From the NCBI RefSeq assembly GCF_009914755.1, contig NC_060931.1: a stretch of DNA of 64,000 nt; one strand, given 5' to 3'. A model generated the notes under the pieces. That model saw only the letters and a program-made list of their open reading frames with translations. It did no database searches and was not told where the DNA came from. Positions 61,003 to 64,000 of this stretch are shown piece by piece; position 1 is the first letter of the stretch, and each line of letters begins with the position of its first letter. The DNA comes from the human T2T-CHM13v2.0 reference genome, Homo sapiens. The translations under genes and the position numbers were made by a program.

Positions 61003-61580
61003 AGAATGTCAAGCTGATGCCAGGCACTGACAGGAAAGTGACCATCAAGCTGTAGATTGATCACAGAGGCTGAACAGTGACATCTCTGCAGCAGATGGCA
61101 GTTTGCATTCCTTTTGTATGCTTGTTTAATATGTAACCTATTAATTATATGTTATTTATAATAAATTGCATTTTATTCATTTATTCTTGATAATCTATTA
61201 TGTTGTCTCTGAATGTCTTCTGCACAACTTGGGGACTGCCAATATATATAGTCACTGTTACCAGATGTATCCAGAGGCAGCAAAATGTAAATATTGAACT
61301 AAAGTCTTGGCTGGGAAATGCAAACCCCAGACCCTCAAAAAGTTGTTTGTATATCTCAGGTGGTGCAGAGTAGAGGGAGGAATAGAGAAACTAGGATTGG
61401 GGCCTGGGAAGTCAAAGGGTAGAGTAGAAAACTCCATGAGTGATTTCAAAGAGCTATCTCGAGTTGTGTTTGAAGCAAAGACTATTTGGGGACAGGCAAT
61501 GGAGGAAAGAGTCTGCAGCCTTGACTGTTTTAAAAGGAGGTTCAAAACCTTATGAGAATCAGATCCAAACCAAAATGTTC

Positions 61581-61743
61581 CTCCAGATGGTAGACTGTGG
61601 GACTTCTCAGCCTCCATAATCCACAGAGTCAATTCCTCATAATAAATCTCTCTATAAATATAGATCTTGGTTCTGTTTCTCTGGAGAACCCTAATACGCC
61701 CTCTCATCAGACAGAACCTACCCTCCTGCTCCTGAAGCTTCTA
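61581..61743 (+). repeat. Inverted duplicate of the MLT2 terminus plus 45 bp of flank
   Basis: Reverse complement of 62028-62193, about 88% identical by manual count. Confidence 0.9.
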
Positions 61744-62072
61744 ATGTTATCTGAATTCTGGCACAGAGAGGTGGAGGCAAGAGTGTTTCAGATAAGGGAA
61801 GAAGGGCCTTTGTCTTCCCAGAAGTGAGGGAGAGCATAGTTGAGTGTTGGTGTGGTGGGAGAGACAGAGGATCTAGGAGGGCATGGGGAGGAATCTGGAC
61901 CTTTGACTTGGGGCAATGGGAAGCCATTGAGAGTTTCCAGCAGAAGAGTGAGGAACATGTGTCGTGTAGGCGCAGGGCCATGACACAGAGACTGTTGGGA
62001 GGGTTTGCCGCAGTCCAGTAGGGGAACTAGATGCTTCATGAGCAGGAGGCTAGGCTCTGTATGATGAAAGGA

Positions 62073-62551
62073 TATATTAGGGTTCTCTGGAGAAACAGAA
62101 CCAAGATACATATTTATAGAGAGATTTATTATGAGGAATTGACTTAGTTGATTATGGAGGCTGAGAAGTCCTACAATCTGCCATCATCTGGAGACCCAGG
62201 AAAGCTGGCGATGTAATTCCAGTCTAAGTCCAAAGACCTGAGAACCAGAGGAGCTGATGGTATAATCCTAGTCCAAGGGCAGGAGAAGATGAGGTGAGAG
62301 GTCTCAGTTCAAGCAGGCAGGCAGGAAGCAAAAGGGACATATTACTCCTTCCTGTTCCTTTTGCTCTCTTTCAGGCTCTCAATGGATTGGATGATGAGCT
62401 CCCACATTGGGGAGGGCAATCGTCTTTACTGAGTCCACCTATTCAAATGCTAATCTCATCTAGAAACATGCCTACAGACACCCCTAGAAACAATGTTTAA
62501 TATGAGCACCCAGTGGCACAATCAAGTTGACATATAAAATTAACCATCCCA
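62073..62551 (-). mobile_element. MLT2 (ERVL) solo LTR
   Basis: tattagggttctctggagaaacagaacc...gattatggaggctgagaagtcc...caagttgacatataaaattaaccatc. Confidence 0.88.
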
Positions 62552-62569
62552 GAAGGGTTGTTGAAGTTG

Positions 62570-64000
62570 TGACTTGGGGTTAGTAGAAGTGATGAGTTTG
62601 GGTTGGAAATATTGAACTCAAGGGGCCTGTGGGACATCCCAGTGGCTACTTGCATCTGAAGAATCATGAGAAAATAGTAATTGATGAATCACAGGAGTGG
62701 CTGAGGTCACCTTGTTAGATGATGTGGCATTGGAAGAGGCACTAGGCTGGAACTCTCTGAAGAGCAGAGTGTCAGGGATGGGCCAAGGAAGAAGAGGAAG
62801 GAAACTGGAAAAGAGAGCCCAAGAGGTGGGGTCTGCTAGGAGAACACAGGGTCACAGGAGCCAATGGGATTGAGTGACAAATGCTGGAGAGAATTAATAC
62901 AATAACTTTAAAGTATCCACCAGATTTAGCAACAAAGAGATATTTGATTTCCACTTTTGGGAATTCATTTTTTTTTTCAATGAACAAATACTTCCTGAAC
63001 ATCTGCTCATCCATGCCAGACATTACTGTTGGCCTGAAGCTGACATCCTACTAGGGGAGACAAACAGCAAACAAGTAAACCAATCGCTGGACAAGGTTAT
63101 TCTAGGCAGTGATAAGAGCATTTATGAAAATAGAACAGGGTGATGTGACTGTAGGTGATTGTTAGTGGGTGGGGATGACAGAGGAGGCCTCTCTGAGGAG
63201 GTGACATTTGATCCAAGTCTTGAATATCAGGAAAACACATTTGCAATAAAGATCCAGGTGACAAGAACGTTCCAGGTACAGGAAACAGCTTGTGCAAAGG
63301 TCCTACCTCAGTGGTTCTCAATCAGGGGCAATTTTGTCCTCCAGGGAACATTTGGCAATGTCTAGTGACATTTTCTGATGTCACAACCAGGGATGTGCTA
63401 CTGGCATCTAGTGGGTAGAGACCAGGAATGCCGCTAAATGTCCTACAGTGCACTGGACAGCCCCCCATGATGAAGAATTATTGGACCCAACATGTCATTA
63501 GTGCCAAGGGCGAGAGACCCTTCAGTAAATTAGGAACAAGCTTGGCCCGTTTAAGAAATAGAAAGGAGGTCAGTGTCTGAGAATCAGTAAGCAAGGAACT
63601 GAATGGTGGAACCTGTGTCAGAGAGGTAGGTCCCAGATGACAGAGGCCTTCTAGGACGTAGTAAGGGCTTTTTACATTTTACTTCCTGAAGCACCATAGA
63701 AAGCCATTAGAGAGTTTTAAGCAGGGAAATGACTTGATCTGATGTACATTCTAAAATGATACTATGGTTGCCGTCTGGAAGCTGGATTGTAGTGGTCAAG
63801 AGTAGGAACTGGGAGGCGATGGCAGTCATCAGGCGAGAATGGCAATAGCATAGAGTAGATAGTGTGAGAAGAATGGGATGTAAGTGGGCAATGAGGTAGA
63901 GCTGATGGGATTTTTCTGATGGATTGGGTTGAAGGTTGAGGGAAAGTAAGAAATCAAAGATTATTTCTAAGGTTTTGGTTTGAGCAAAGTATGGGAGAAA
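62570..64000 (-). mobile_element. L2 fragments, interrupted by MER20
   Basis: ggcctctctgaggaggtgacatttga...gtgcaaaggtcct; aagccattagagagttttaagcaggg...gatggattgg...gaaatcaaagattatttctaaggtttt. Confidence 0.72.
63309..63522. mobile_element. MER20 hAT-Charlie MITE
   Basis: cagtggttctcaatcaggggcaattttgtcc...catttggcaatgtct...gctactggcatctagtgggtagag...atgtcattagtgccaagg. Confidence 0.9.

Overview
Primate (most likely human) non-coding genomic DNA with a high density of interspersed repeats. By eye it contains about 25 Alu/FLAM copies, several old L1 blocks, L2 and MIR fragments, MaLR (MST/MLT1) and MLT2 solo LTRs, small DNA transposons (MADE1, MER5A, MER20, MER94) and microsatellites. I recognise no protein-coding gene, tRNA, rRNA or CRISPR array. 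The ORF track is dominated by Alu/L1-derived and low-complexity frames. I could not name the locus, and I found no new multi-gene system. The best-supported unusual observations are local rearrangement footprints: (1) a 148-bp unique-looking direct duplication 1.7 kb apart that starts just upstream of a splice-acceptor-like site; (2) a ~165-bp inverted duplication spanning an MLT2 LTR/flank junction; (3) a 161-bp ~98%-identical tract shared by two otherwise divergent Alus, probably gene conversion; (4) a tail-only retro-insertion with a 15-bp TSD; (5) an Alu-MST fusion junction. Several candidate cryptic or lncRNA exons are also listed with low confidence. Repeat subfamily names and boundaries come from recall of consensus sequences and need RepeatMasker/Dfam confirmation.
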